Assembly: GCF_006345805.1 (NCBI RefSeq)
Contig: NW_021835389.1
Location: 1 to 45,762 of the forward strand
Reading direction: 5' to 3'
Source: Octopus sinensis
Lineage: Eukaryota
DNA length: 45,762 bases
Part shown: positions 11,499 through 23,847 of the stretch, piece by piece
How positions within the stretch are numbered: the first letter of the stretch is position 1
How the letters are laid out: every line of letters begins with the position of its first letter
The notes under the pieces: model-generated
Seen by the model: the letters and a program-made list of their open reading frames with translations, nothing else
Told to the model about the DNA's origin: nothing
Database searches by the model: none
Program-made: the position numbers and the translations under genes

Positions 11499-11553
11499 AA
11501 TCTATCTGACTTTCTGCGTCTCTCTGTATGTCTACCTGCTATCTGTATGTCTG

Positions 11554-11595
<42 letters not shown>

Positions 11596-11690
11596 ATCTA
11601 TCTATCTATCTATCTATCTATCTCTCTGTCTGTCTTTCAATCTATCTATAAGTGTGTTTGCCTGTGCATGTATGTGTGTGTGAGTGTGTG
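10170..11690. repeat. Field of (AT)n, (AC)n, (AG)n and (ATCT)n microsatellites
   Basis: Direct reading, with short unique spacers. Confidence 0.9.
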
Positions 11691-12164
11691 CATAACACCA
11701 GTAAATTCGTATCCATATAAGTACCAGTAAAACAGATTCCTATTGGTAAAGACAGGTTACGTGATCGAAACTACTGCTGACCATAAGGATAGTTGAACTA
11801 ATATGTCCTATAATATTCTACTTGCTTCAAGCCATTAACCATCAAAACATGGGGTTACTTCACATTGCTCCTAAGTTCTGATATCATCGGATTTAACTCC
11901 GATTACCGTGGAAATTCTCCATTGTAATCCTCTCAAATAACAACAGTTAGATCATATTTTGGGCTTCCAGTTTACACATATCTTTGGTTACTTTGCTCAA
12001 ATCTTTACTTCTGTCATTCGTTGAACTATGGAGTAACTTTTTTAATGAAAGACAAAATTGCAGTGAGTCGCAGGAACATTTGGCACAGACCCAAACACGA
12101 ATTCACTGCGTTAAAATCTATGCAAATCAGCAGTTTAATAATAATAATAAATCTTTCTACTATG

Positions 12165-12562
12165 GGCGCAGGCGTGGCTGTGTGGTGAGAAGCTTGCTTC
12201 CCAACCACATCGTTCTGGGTTCAGTTCCACTGCGTGGCATCTCGGACAAATGTCTTCTACTATAGCCTCGAGCCTACCAAAGTCTTGTGAGTGGATTTGG
12301 TAGACAGAAACTGAAAGAAGCCCGTCGTATATATGTATGTGTATATTTATGTGCGTGTCTTTTTGGCTCTGTTTGTCTCCCCACCATCGCTTGACAACCG
12401 ATATTTGTGTGCTTACGTCCCCGTAATTTAGCGGTTTAGCAAAAGAGACCGATAGAATATGTACCAGGTTTACAAAGAATAAGTCCTGGGGTCGATTTCT
12501 TCGGCTAAAAAGGCGGTGCTCCAGGATGGCCGCAGTCAGACGACCGAAACAAATAAAAGAAT
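12165..12562 (+). mobile_element. SINE family A, full-length
   Basis: ggcgcaggcgtggctgtgtggtgag head, gggttcagttcc B-box, core and tail. Confidence 0.85.
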
Positions 12563-12767
12563 ATAGGCACAAGACCTGAAATTTTAGGAGAGACGATAAT
12601 TCGATTACACCAACCCCAGCGCTCAACCGGTACTTATTTGATCGATCCTGAAAGGATTAAAGGCAAAGTCGACCCCGGCGGTATTTGAACTCAGAACGCG
12701 AAGACAGACGAAATGCTGCTAAGTATTTTGCCCGGCGTGCTAAAGATTCTGCCAGCTCGCCTCCTTC
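12563..12767 (-). mobile_element. SINE family B monomer
   Basis: Head, core and tail 2 (ggcacaagacctgaaatttt). Confidence 0.8.

Positions 12768-12769
<2 letters not shown>

Positions 12770-12843
<74 letters not shown>
12770..12843. repeat. (AAT)n
   Basis: About 24 perfect units. Confidence 0.97.
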
Positions 12844-12845
<2 letters not shown>

Positions 12846-13056
12846 CCTTTCTACTATAGATACAAGGCCTGAAATTTTAGGGTAGTGGACTAGTCGATTA
12901 CATCAACGCAGTGTTTCACTGGTGCTTAATTTATCGACCCCGAAAAGATGGAAGGCAGAGTTGATCGCGGTGTAATTTGAACTCATAACGTAGCGACGGG
13001 TGAAATACCGCCAAGCATTTCGTCCAGCGTGCTAACGATTCTGCCAGCTCGCCTCC
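12844..13056 (-). mobile_element. SINE family B monomer
   Basis: Head, core and tail 2. Confidence 0.8.
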
Positions 13057-13059
13057 TTT

Positions 13060-13168
<109 letters not shown>

Positions 13169-13171
13169 AAG

Positions 13172-14564
13172 ATGAAAAGCGCGATTCGAGTGTTATAGAT
13201 ATTTTATTGGTTGGACGATGTTTTCGACAGTAAGTTCAAGATAAGAGGTGATAAAAATTCAAAATTATAGAAATTTAAATTTAAAGTATGAACGAGAGCA
13301 ATCAGCGTCCACCCGTTGATGGCATGACATCATCAGTCTTTAAGCTTCAATTTTATAACAGGCGAAAAGTAAAAGACAGAAAAAAGGGGGAAAGAAAAAA
13401 AAAAAAAAAGAAAAGGAAAGAGGAGAATATTTAATTAAGCAGTTTTGTATAAATTTGATGATATTCTCCTGTCATTTTATAAATTCCTCCAGGGCATGAT
13501 GTTAATAACCCGCAAACATATTTCTTCTCATGCATTCTGAGAAGTGAAAGTGAAGCAGACTCAGAACATTTTGTGAGAACATGCACTTTCAAGTTTTTTT
13601 CAAAATTGTAGCTGTGTGTAACGAAATGCTCGGCAAGATCTGTCAAACATCTGTTATTGTGCCCGACGTCGAATCTGTGCCCGTTAAATCTTTTGCTTAA
13701 TTGTTCTGTTGTACAACCAACATAAATCCAGTTCTGTTTCGTGCATTCTGCCGCGAACACCAAATGGGAATCTCTACATGTCCCGCCTTCTGTATAAATC
13801 ATAGCATTTCTGTTATGATTCCTGATGGAATTCACTTGACTCATGTTGTTGCACAATGAACAGGGCTTACCTCTCTTGCGGCTGTTCTTTAAGGTACAGT
13901 GTGCAGATACTCCAATGTTCGTTTTCTTAGAGTCAGAAATAGAGGTCAATAATTATCTTATATTGTTATTCGGTCTAAAGGTTACAATAGGCGGCTGAGG
14001 AAATATCTGTTTGAAACGAGGATATTTTTTCGACACATGCTGGTAACTTTCATGCAACACTTTTGAAATGCCAGCAAAATTTCCGTGCCAGTTAATCACT
14101 AAAAGAAATCTGTCATCTATTGTGTTGTGTTTGCTAAAATTATGCGTGAAGGTTTGACTATCTTTGCTAATAGCTATTTCATTTGCTATTTCCTTTAATT
14201 GTGATTCACTGTAACCGCGTTTGACATAATGATGTTCAAAGGCATTTGCATGTTTCCCATAATCCCCTATGTCTGTACAAATCCGTTTTATCTTCAAAAA
14301 TTGGGATGCCGGATTTGACCGAATAATATAATGTGGATGATTGGAACGGCTTGCAAAATAACTCTGTCGCTATTCTGCCTTCAGAAGACTTAACTTTTGT
14401 GTCCAAAAATTCAACGCTAGATTTTGAAAAGTAGACATAAAATATCCTCGTTTCAAACGTATGAATATTTATCACCTCCTATTTTCAATTTGGCAAAGAC
14501 AGACTTACTGTCGAAATATCGTTCAACCAATAAAATGTCTATTAGAATCGAATCGCGCTCTTCG
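13172..14564 (-). mobile_element. 5-prime-truncated Penelope-like element (RT C-terminus plus GIY-YIG endonuclease) with inverted termini
   Basis: VEFLDTKV RT motif (14236-14475), RT thumb HYVKRGYSE (13953-14297), linker PCSLC, GIY-YIG LVFAAEC...IYVGCT...RFNGH...LAEHF (13431-13949). Stops and frameshifts are present. About 90-100-bp inverted repeats at 13172-13261 and 14463-14564. Confidence 0.9.
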
Positions 14565-14610
14565 TCTTGATTCTTTACATTTGGGAAGAATTACGTCAAT
14601 CCTTTAAAAG

Positions 14611-14613
<3 letters not shown>

Positions 14614-14648
<35 letters not shown>

Positions 14649-14670
14649 CAACAACAACAACAACAACAAC
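14614..14670. repeat. (AAT)n(AAC)n
   Basis: Direct reading; directly abuts the 5-prime end of the REL LINE. Confidence 0.95.
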
Positions 14671-15763
14671 AAGGCTATATATACAACGTATAGAAGGTGG
14701 AAGAAGCCTTATACAACTGGAAAACTATTATAAAATAACCACCATAGGACTGCAAAAATGCCTACTTCAGAAGCAAGGAAAACTAATACAAATAGCCACA
14801 AAACACGAGCAAAACGAAAAACTGCTTTTAGTATTTAAAGAAGCTGATAAATGCAAACAAGAAGTCATACTACCTAACAAATATGAAGTAGAAGAAGAAG
14901 AAACAACAAAAGCTATAAAACAAATGAAATCCAAGCTAAAACTACAACAGCAACGGACCATGATAAAACGATGGCAAGAAAAGCAAATACTGAGCTAAAC
15001 TATATGAAAAGAAATAGGCAGAGAAAAATCCCAGCAGTGGTTGAGAAGCTCAAGACTCAAAGCAGAGACTGAAGGATTTTTAATCGCAGCACAAGACCAA
15101 AGCCTCCCCACCAGAAATTACCAAAAACATAATGAAAAGAAACATAACAAGTAACTGCAGAATATGTGGAGATGGACAAGAAACAATAAATAATATTATC
15201 TCTGGCTGCCCAGTCCTAGCTAAGAAGGAATATATTCACAGACACAACAGAATTGGAACCTACATACACTGGAAGCTATGCCAACATTATGGAATAACAA
15301 CAGAAAAAAAGATGGTATAAGCACACGCCAGAAAAGGTCACAGAAAACGAGAAAGCAACCATACTCTGGGATCTGCCAATACCCACAGATAGAGAAATTA
15401 AGGCTAATATGCCAGATACAGTTGTCAGAGATCACGAAGAAAAAATTGCTTTCTAATTATTGTATCAGTACCAACAGATGACTACGTTTATCTAAAAGAA
15501 ATAGAGAAACTTTCAAAATACAAAGACCTGAAAATAGAGGTAACACGAATGTGGAATCTAAAAACAAGAAACATTTCCTATCATAGTGGTTGCATTAGGT
15601 ATGATAAAAAAAATTCAGACAAATACATAACAAAAACACCAGGACTTACAAATATATATAACATACAGAAAATAGCACTACTGAGCACTGCACACATCCT
15701 ACGCAAAACACTCAATACAGTAACCATCAGAGCATCACAACAAATCATAGCACATACCCAAGG
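14671..15763 (+). mobile_element. Non-LTR retrotransposon fragment with a restriction-like endonuclease (R4/Dong-like), degenerate
   Basis: RLYIQRIEGGRSLIQL, ETEGFLIAAQDQSLPTRNY, CCHC knuckle CRICG...ETINNIISGC...HRHN, ILWDLPIPTDREIKANMPD and EKLSKYKDL (PD-(D/E)xK region). Several frameshifts. Confidence 0.88.
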
Positions 15764-16039
15764 CTATATACATACATACATACATACATATATATATATA
15801 TAGAAAATTAAAAATTAACAATCAACAAAGCAGCAAAATTCAAATGGACGTACACATGGAATGTATTTGTTTGACGTTCAGTATAAGCTAGATAAAAGTA
15901 AGTTTTTAATGTTACGAGCATGGCTCTACGTCAGAAACAGTAGAAAGAAAAGGTCCGGAGAAGGAAAAAAGCCCAAGAAAAGCAACATATATAAATATAT
16001 GTATGCATATGTAAATATATATATATATATATATAATAT

Positions 16040-16084
<45 letters not shown>

Positions 16085-16353
16085 ACATGTATGCATGTAT
16101 GTATGTATGTATTGAATTAATAAATAATAATTGATGTAAGTCAATTACTGTTCAGTAATATTTCTCCATTTTCTGTTTTCTTTAACTTTTAATTCTTGAT
16201 AAATCATGTTCGGCCTTATCTTTACTTATAATTTATAAGCATAATTATGCTTGTATATGTATGCCCATGGCTAAACATAGGTAATATACCGATAATAATG
16301 CATTCTTCTATCCCTTAGATGGTTATTTTAACCTCTAACTCAGCTACTCTCCT

Positions 16354-16424
<71 letters not shown>

Positions 16425-16707
16425 AATATATATATATATAGAGAGAGAGCGAGATAGCAGGATGGCATCGTGTCTAAAGATGCGACAATGCTATAATCGT
16501 GATCAGCGGTGTATAATAGCATCCGATAATCTGTTGAAAACAATGATACGGTGATATGTGTATTTATGTATGTATGTGTGTGTTTGTCTGCGTTTTAGCG
16601 AGTGCCCGTAAGTGTGAGTAGCCACGCATGTGTGTGCGGTGTGCGTGTGTGCGTGTGTGCGTGTGTGCGTGTGTGTGTGTGTGGGTACAAATGATTGTAG
16701 TACTTAC

Positions 16708-16772
16708 CTTCTTCATAGTCAGGTGAAACAAATCTGTCATGGTTTTTTATCAATTCTGAAATCACTTGGTTT
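16708..16772 (-). CDS. Cys-loop ligand-gated ion channel (GlyR/GluCl-like), N-terminal helix exon, (R)NQVISELIKNHDRFVSPDYEE(D)
   Basis: Polypyrimidine acceptor tttaactctctcgttgacag and donor G|gtaagta; 65 bp, phase 2 in and phase 1 out. The G joins AT of the next exon to give DYEEDFPT. It matches the position of the LLxxYDxRxRP segment of pLGICs, but this is the most divergent of the five exons. Confidence 0.8.
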
Positions 16773-17204
16773 CTGTCAACGAGAGAGTTAAATAGAAAAC
16801 GCATTAGCAGCCGAGTCGAGAGGAAATACTAATGAAAAGATATGTGGTTCATTAGAGCTGTAAATAGAACTTAATTACGCTCCACTCACATTATCATTAA
16901 GACAGATAAGCTGCTAGAACACACAAACATTTATTTGCATATACATATATACAAATACATACTCACACACGTTGAGAAATATGGAACGAGAGAGGAATAT
17001 CAATTTGTTTGCGCTTACGTGCATATATATATATATATATATATATGTATGCATGTATGTATGTATGTATGGATATATATATATATATATACATATGTTA
17101 CACGCATACACACGCGCGCGCGCACGCACACACATACATATGTGTGTATATATGTATGTATATATGCATGTATGTACGTATGTATGTATGTATGTATATG
17201 CATC

Positions 17205-17305
17205 TGCTCATCTAGCAAACGGGCTAGCAACATTCGAAAGCCAAAATAATGAAAAGCACACTGTGGCCAGCGATGTATAACAACATCCGATAGTCTGGTG
17301 TCTCA
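17205..17305 (+). mobile_element. SINE tail fragment (same tail as 42930-43045)
   Basis: aaaataatg...tgtggccagcgatgtataacaacatccgatagtctggt; a weaker copy lies near 16500-16540. Confidence 0.55.
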
Positions 17306-17346
17306 CTCATCTCCTGTATGTAAGTGTATATGTACGTATATATTAC

Positions 17347-17421
<75 letters not shown>

Positions 17422-17566
17422 CACACGCATGCACACTCACACACACGTACACATATATAAATATATATATATATATACATACATACATACATACGTACAT
17501 ACGTACGTACATACATGCATACATACATACATACATACATACATATAACATACATGTATATATATA

Positions 17567-18718
17567 TTGGCTATCCTAGAAAAAATGCAGTTTTTTCCAT
17601 TGCACGAACTAAAAGTCGGAGGTGGACGAGATAAACTACCTGCTTTTATAGTAGGTGGTAATTTTATCATGTGCAAGATTTGAAGAGTGCAGTTCGATTT
17701 AACAGTTCTCTTTTCAAAGCTATAAAGGAAGTGACAAAGAAGTAATAATCGTAAGCCAGTGTCCTCGCTGATTCCAGAAATTCCGAGCCAGAAGTCACAG
17801 TCTAGAAGACGAACCTCGTCCTGGAAGATCTGTAGAGCTCGACGAGGACGTCTTGCAAACTCTGGCGAAACAAAATCCCATCGTAACTGTTGAGGAACTG
17901 GCAGAGAAGCTTGGATTTGGTCGTTCAACCATTTATCGACACCTGCCATCGGAAAAGTCAGCAAATTGAGTCAATGGGTTCCTCACAGACTTTCCGAGTC
18001 TAATCGCGCGCACAAAGTGAATGTGCGCTCTTCTTTGCTGTCACGTCTCACGAATGAACCTTTTTTGTACCGAATAGTGACTGGTGACGAAAAATGGGTT
18101 CTCTATAAAAATTTCAAGCGCCGAAGACAGTGGGTGGGGAAAGGAGAAACACAGGCACCCCAGGCTAAAGAAGGTCTTCACCTACGTAAAGTGTTGTTAT
18201 CTGCTTGGTGGATATGAAAAGTTTAGTCCACATTGAACTTTTAAACCCAAACCAAAACTAGCAAAAGAGATCTACTGTGAGCAGCTCGAGCGGCTTAAGT
18301 TAGCGCTAGAAGAAAAAAACGACCATCTTTGGTTTCAAGACGAAAGGTGTTCTTCCATCAAGATAATGCTCGGCCACATACAGCGTGGTTGGCTTTCCAA
18401 ATGCTGGACCAGTTTGAATGGGAAACGATGCCCCACCCACCTTATTAGCAGGACATTGCCCCATCTGATTATCATGTATTCAGCAGTCTTCAAAATAATT
18501 TGGACAGAAAAAATCTGAATTCTGTAGACGAGATCAGAACAGTACTGGAGGATTATTTTTCGTTACGGACAAGTGAATTTTGGAAGAGGAGCCTTGCGAA
18601 ACTACCAGATAGATAGAAGAACGTTGTAGAAAATGAAGGAGAGTGTATTTTAGATTAAATAAGAACTTTGAAAAATAAAGAAGTATAAAAAGACCGCATT
18701 ATTTATGGAATGACCCAA
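17567..18718 (+). mobile_element. Mariner (D34D) DNA transposon, near full-length, inactivated
   Basis: TA flanks at 17565-66 and 18719-20; degenerate TIRs ttggctatcctagaaaaaatgc / gcattatttatggaatgacccaa; WVPHRL, TGDEKW, FHQDNARPH and HPPY*QDIAPSDYHVF motifs; stops and frameshifts. Confidence 0.93.
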
Positions 18719-18736
18719 TATATATACAATGAATAT

Positions 18737-18779
<43 letters not shown>

Positions 18780-18785
18780 TATATA

Positions 18786-18826
<41 letters not shown>

Positions 18827-19699
18827 TATATACATATATATATATATGTACCACGAATATTTTGAACTCCTTTGAACGAGAAACTTTGTTGCATTGAAAA
18901 TAGGAGTGGCAGATGAAATCTGTAGAACAGAAATAACACTTTCGGTATTCGGTTCAAGTCCCAAAAGGTATGGCATCGGCGCCCATTTTTCTAGATTCGC
19001 TACAATAATTATCTCTTCATTGCTGAAATCACTTTTATACTCTTTGTGAATCTGTGTGAAAGAAATGGTTGTGTTTTTTTGTGTTTATTTTGTTTTCTCC
19101 CCTAATCTCGAAATCTCGTAGTTCCGTTTTGAAAACGAGGTTCGAAGCTTAAGTGAGGAAAGAGAAGAGATAAATTATACGGAGGAAAAAAGAAGAAAAA
19201 GGATACAGAAGAGATGTGAATCGCGGCAAAAAATTTAAAAAATATAAAAAAAAGATAAATAAATAAAACCAGAATGTGAAAAAATACAAGAAAATGAGGA
19301 TGAAAGAATAAAAAGAAAAAGAAATTGGAAGGATAGCCAGCCATATAAACAAATAAGTAAAATAAATAAACTAAATAAGCATAAACTTACGGAGAAACAA
19401 ACATTTATAAATAGAGAAACGGAGAGAAAAATTAATAGTAAGAGATAAACAAACATATAAATAGACAGGCGTGTATGTATATTTAAATGTGTGTGTGTGT
19501 GTGCGTGTGTGTGTGTGTGCGTGTGTGTGTGTGTGTGCGTGTGTGTGTGTGTGCGTGTGTGTGTGTGTGTGTGATGGTTGCTTCCTCATTTTCGAGGATA
19601 GCCATCGCTTAACCAAGCGATGTATATACATCGTCCATAAAGCGCTTAGCTATACAGCGTCTCTTCAGGCCCTGATGGACGGTGGCCTATAATCTCCAC

Positions 19700-19890
19700 A
19701 CGTAGTCCTAGAAGATCCTAGAAAAATCGGGCCCCTACATCAACGGGAGCAAGGGTTGCAAGCTGTGCATAACTGAACGGACGACAATATTATTAAAGAA
19801 CTCCTTCGACCCAGGAAACATATCAAATTCCAAGACGAAAGTCTTCGGACCCTGTTTACTATTCAGGAGATTCGTACTGAAACCCTGGTA
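19700..19890 (+). mobile_element. Penelope-like element 3-prime fragment (end of the GIY-YIG ORF)
   Basis: Translates as *KILEKSGPYINGSKGCKLCITERTTIL...NSKTKVFGPCLLFRRFVL, matching the PLE WxIL..PY..G.K.C.LC..E..I motif. Confidence 0.7.
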
Positions 19891-20134
19891 CCCACAACCC
19901 AACCAGATCGATTATGGATATCTGTCTAAGGGAGATAATCCCTTGCACTTAACCCTTAACCCTTATTCTAGGTACATGTGTCGAACAACTAGCCACGAGG
20001 CCTTTTCCTTCTCCACTCTGAAGTGAAGTTATAAGCCACCGACATTTAGAGTCTGAACAGATACTGCAAAACAAAACGCGTTATAGAGGTGAAACTCGGG
20101 CTAACCCATAAACCGGCCATAACTATCTTTATCT

Positions 20135-20206
<72 letters not shown>

Positions 20207-20787
20207 GAGAGAGGGAGGAGAGAGGGGAGAGAGAGAGAGATGATGATGATGATATGTATATATCTGGTTGTTACTAGTAACCATGGAAGCCCATCATTGA
20301 CCAGTGCCCATGCAAAATGCCAGCAATGCCTGTGCATGAGGTTATTGCACCAACAGTCCACCCGGGCTCGCACCGTCGATTTCCATGCACGCCACGGCGT
20401 CTTCCTACTCGACTGGGATTCGGATAGTTGCCTCACCTGCGATTGCACAACTTAAATTTTTAGTTCCAATAAGACTTGCAAAGCGCCTCACAAACCTTCC
20501 CCACCCTATTGACATGATCCAGAGACAAGCCACAGCAAACTGTCCAGTGCTAATATGGGTCACAGGCTCTGGAATGTGAGAGTACTATGTTCTAAAACGC
20601 ATGCAAAAGATCCCAAAAATGTTCAATGCCATTCGCTGCATATTTAGTTTTTCATCAGAGTGACCTCCTCAGAGAGACATGTTTAAAAGAAGTCGAGGTA
20701 TGCCTCAATCCCAGTGGCGTTCCATTACGCTGGATACCAACCAAGGAATATATATTTGCGTATTAATACACACACCACACACACACA

Positions 20788-20818
<31 letters not shown>

Positions 20819-20920
20819 TACACATATATATGGTGGGGTATATACGTATAGATATACATATATGCATGTGTGTGTGTGTGTAGATAGATGAAGATATAAA
20901 TAGCTAAACAAGTAGACACT

Positions 20921-20966
<46 letters not shown>

Positions 20967-21072
20967 AAAATAGACAGACAGATAGATAGATAGATAGTAG
21001 ATAGATAGATAGCTAGATACAAAGACAGAGAAAGAGATAGTGAGTGAGAGAGAGAGAGAGAGAGAAAGAGAT

Positions 21073-21262
21073 AGGCGCAGGAGAGGCTGTGTGGTAAGTA
21101 GCTTGCTTACCAACCACATGGTTCCGGGTTCAGCCCCACTACATGGCACCTTGGGAAAGTGTCTTATACTATAGCCTCAGGTCGACCAAAGCCTTGTTAG
21201 TGGATATGGTAGGCGGAAACTGAAAGAAGCTCGTTTGGGGTGACAAACTCAGACGCACAAAC

Positions 21263-21302
<40 letters not shown>

Positions 21303-21505
21303 TTGTGCGTCTGAGTTTGTCACCCCAACATCGCTTGACAACCGATGCTGGTGCGTTTACGTCTCCGTAACTTAGCGGTTCGGCAAAAGAGACCGATAGA
21401 ATAAGTGCTAGGCTTAGAAGGAATAAGTCCTGGGCTCAATTTGTTCGACTAAAGACGATGCTCCAGCATGGCCGCAGCCAATTGACTGAAGAAAATTATA
21501 GAATA
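21073..21505 (+). mobile_element. SINE family A, full-length
   Basis: ggcgcaggagaggctgtgtggtaagtagc head through to the tail. Confidence 0.87.
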
Positions 21506-21518
21506 AGAGAATAAAAGA

Positions 21519-21592
<74 letters not shown>

Positions 21593-21772
21593 AGAGTGAT
21601 TACCTTTTCATCTCAGCAGTGTAACATTTGATGTGCACAATCAAAATTAGTACAAAAAATGAGGTAAATATCTTTGGATACGCCATGGCTGGTAAATTCT
21701 ATATGTGTCTGTTGTCTTATGGATGTTGTTGGAGCCTAAAAAAAATAAGAAAAATATATGTAAATAAACAGC

Positions 21773-21810
<38 letters not shown>

Positions 21811-21942
21811 AGAGTGAGAGATAGAGAGGGAGATAGAGAGAGAGCGGTGGGACAAGAAAGAAGAAGCAGATGAACAAAGAAAGGAAGAAAGAAGGAAATA
21901 AAGAAGAACACATTTGAAGTTTAAAATGGAAGAAATATATAT

Positions 21943-22160
21943 GCAGTCGCTACTTTTGCGACCGGGCTACCTCAGGATCCGTAGTTTACATTGTGAAATG
22001 GTCTGATCTGGGCTAGGGTTAGGGTTAGGGTTAGGGATAGCGTTTAGGGTTAGAGTTAGGGTAAGCGCTAGGATTTAGGATTAAGGTTAAAGTTATGGTT
22101 AGGGTTAGACGCCATACTAACAGGCAAATGCCCAGGTAGACCCTACACTAAAGTGTTACC
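21943..22160. repeat. Short element containing a degenerate interstitial (TTAGGG)n array
   Basis: About 15 perfect or variant TTAGGG units at 22013-22108; GC hairpin gtcgc/gcgac at 21946-21962; ends in ctaaagtgttacc. Confidence 0.7.
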
Positions 22161-22587
22161 TACACACGTATACGTACGTTGAGTTACAGAGCAAAATAGA
22201 ACAGTTTGATATCGAAATTTAAAGCAGAATTTAGAGAAGTGCTTATCAAATATGAGAAATTTATATATAATGATTCAGTTAGTTTTAACAGAGAATAATG
22301 TCGCCATTCCAGGTACTTATAAAATTAAATACTGCTTGTATTTTTTTTTTTAAATGTATTTAATAACATTTCCGTCTTTCTCTAATGTCGGTATGGAGCC
22401 GACATTAGGTTTCCCTCTTTGCAATGATTTTTATATCGGCTTTTGAAGTTTGCACTGTTACCAGTGTTTGAAAACAGGTCCCGAGGATTCGTCAAAGTAA
22501 CAGCTGTCTCCGTTATTTAATCAATAACAAGACTTTCCTTTCCGCCTTGAGTAATTTCTTCAGTTAATATATATGTTAATTCATACA

Positions 22588-22657
<70 letters not shown>
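22588..22657. repeat. (CA)n
   Basis: About 33 perfect units. Confidence 0.97.
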
Positions 22658-22659
<2 letters not shown>

Positions 22660-22796
22660 AAGACGGATTGAAAGATATATGTATATTTATAACTATATAT
22701 ATATATATCGATAGATTCAGATGAATATGGTACTTAAGTTGAGGTACCAGTATTTTGTATGGTATTATCCATACAATTTCAAAATAAGGTGATTAA

Positions 22797-23147
22797 AATC
22801 AAAATCAGCAACAAGGATATCCTGAGGTAATGTAGTACGATCGTTTCATGCGACTCCATTTAATTGAACAATGCAGTCATTTCATTACATCAATTTAAAA
22901 TATACAACAATCTTCAGCTGCACTAAGACATAGAATTTAATTAAATTATGACACAGTATAATTTTACCCCAAATCTCCAAGAGGATAAGGAGATAGACAA
23001 AGAACATGTTTTACCAACATATGCAGCTGAAGATTGCTCTACATTTTAAATTGATGTAATGAAATGATTGCATTGTTCAATTAATTGGAGTCGCATGAAA
23101 CGATCGTATTGCATTACCTCTGGATATCCTTGTTGTTTATGTTGATT
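22797..23147. mobile_element. Foldback/MITE with ~125-bp inverted arms
   Basis: 22797-22922 is the reverse complement of 23023-23147 at roughly 90 percent identity (caacaaggatatcc...cttcagctgca / tgcagctgaag...ggatatccttgttg), with a 100-bp spacer. Confidence 0.85.
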
Positions 23148-23544
23148 ATATATATATATATATATATAAGTTTGCATGTATATATTCGGATACTTGTCCA
23201 TAATATTACTACAACAGGGTGGTGTATAGGAAGCAGAATCGTTAAAATGTCGGACAAAATACCTTTCGTTATTTGCTCCGGGTGTCTGAAGCCAAATCCT
23301 ATCCTACTGAAATCGAAGTTAATTTTTGCTGGTGATCCCTCCGAGGTCGATAAAGTAAAGTACCAGTCAAGTACTGCCGTTGATATAGTTGACTAACCCT
23401 TTCCCCTTAAACTGGTGGTCTTGTGTCTAACTTTAAAACAATTGTATTACTACTGTTAGTTTCACCCTAATGTTTCTTCGAGTAATGCTTCATAATCCAT
23501 GTATTTGTGTTGCTACTTTAAAACTACAAATTAAAATACCTTTA

Positions 23545-23778
23545 TCTATTTTTATCTTTGACTTGTTTCAGTCATTAGACAGCAGCCATGCTGGAGCACC
23601 GTCTTGAAGAATTTTTAGTCGAATGAATCGACCCCAGTACTTATATTGTTGAACCTCGTATTTATTGAATCGATAATTTTTGCCGAACCACCAGATGAGG
23701 GGAACGTAAACCTGCCAACACTGTTTGTCAAGCGGTGGTGAGGGACAGACGTAGACACAAGGACACACGCACGCACAC

Positions 23779-23847
<69 letters not shown>

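Noticed and set aside
12165-12240. SINE heads as genuine tRNA genes
   Set aside because: A/B boxes are present, but there is no complete cloverleaf and each head runs into a SINE body.
14670-15770. 12-bp direct repeat CAAGGCTATATA (14670-14681 and 15759-15770) as a TSD of the LINE fragment
   Set aside because: The left copy encodes the element's own RLY motif, and the right copy is element CCCAAGG plus an adjoining TA/TACA microsatellite. Probably coincidence.
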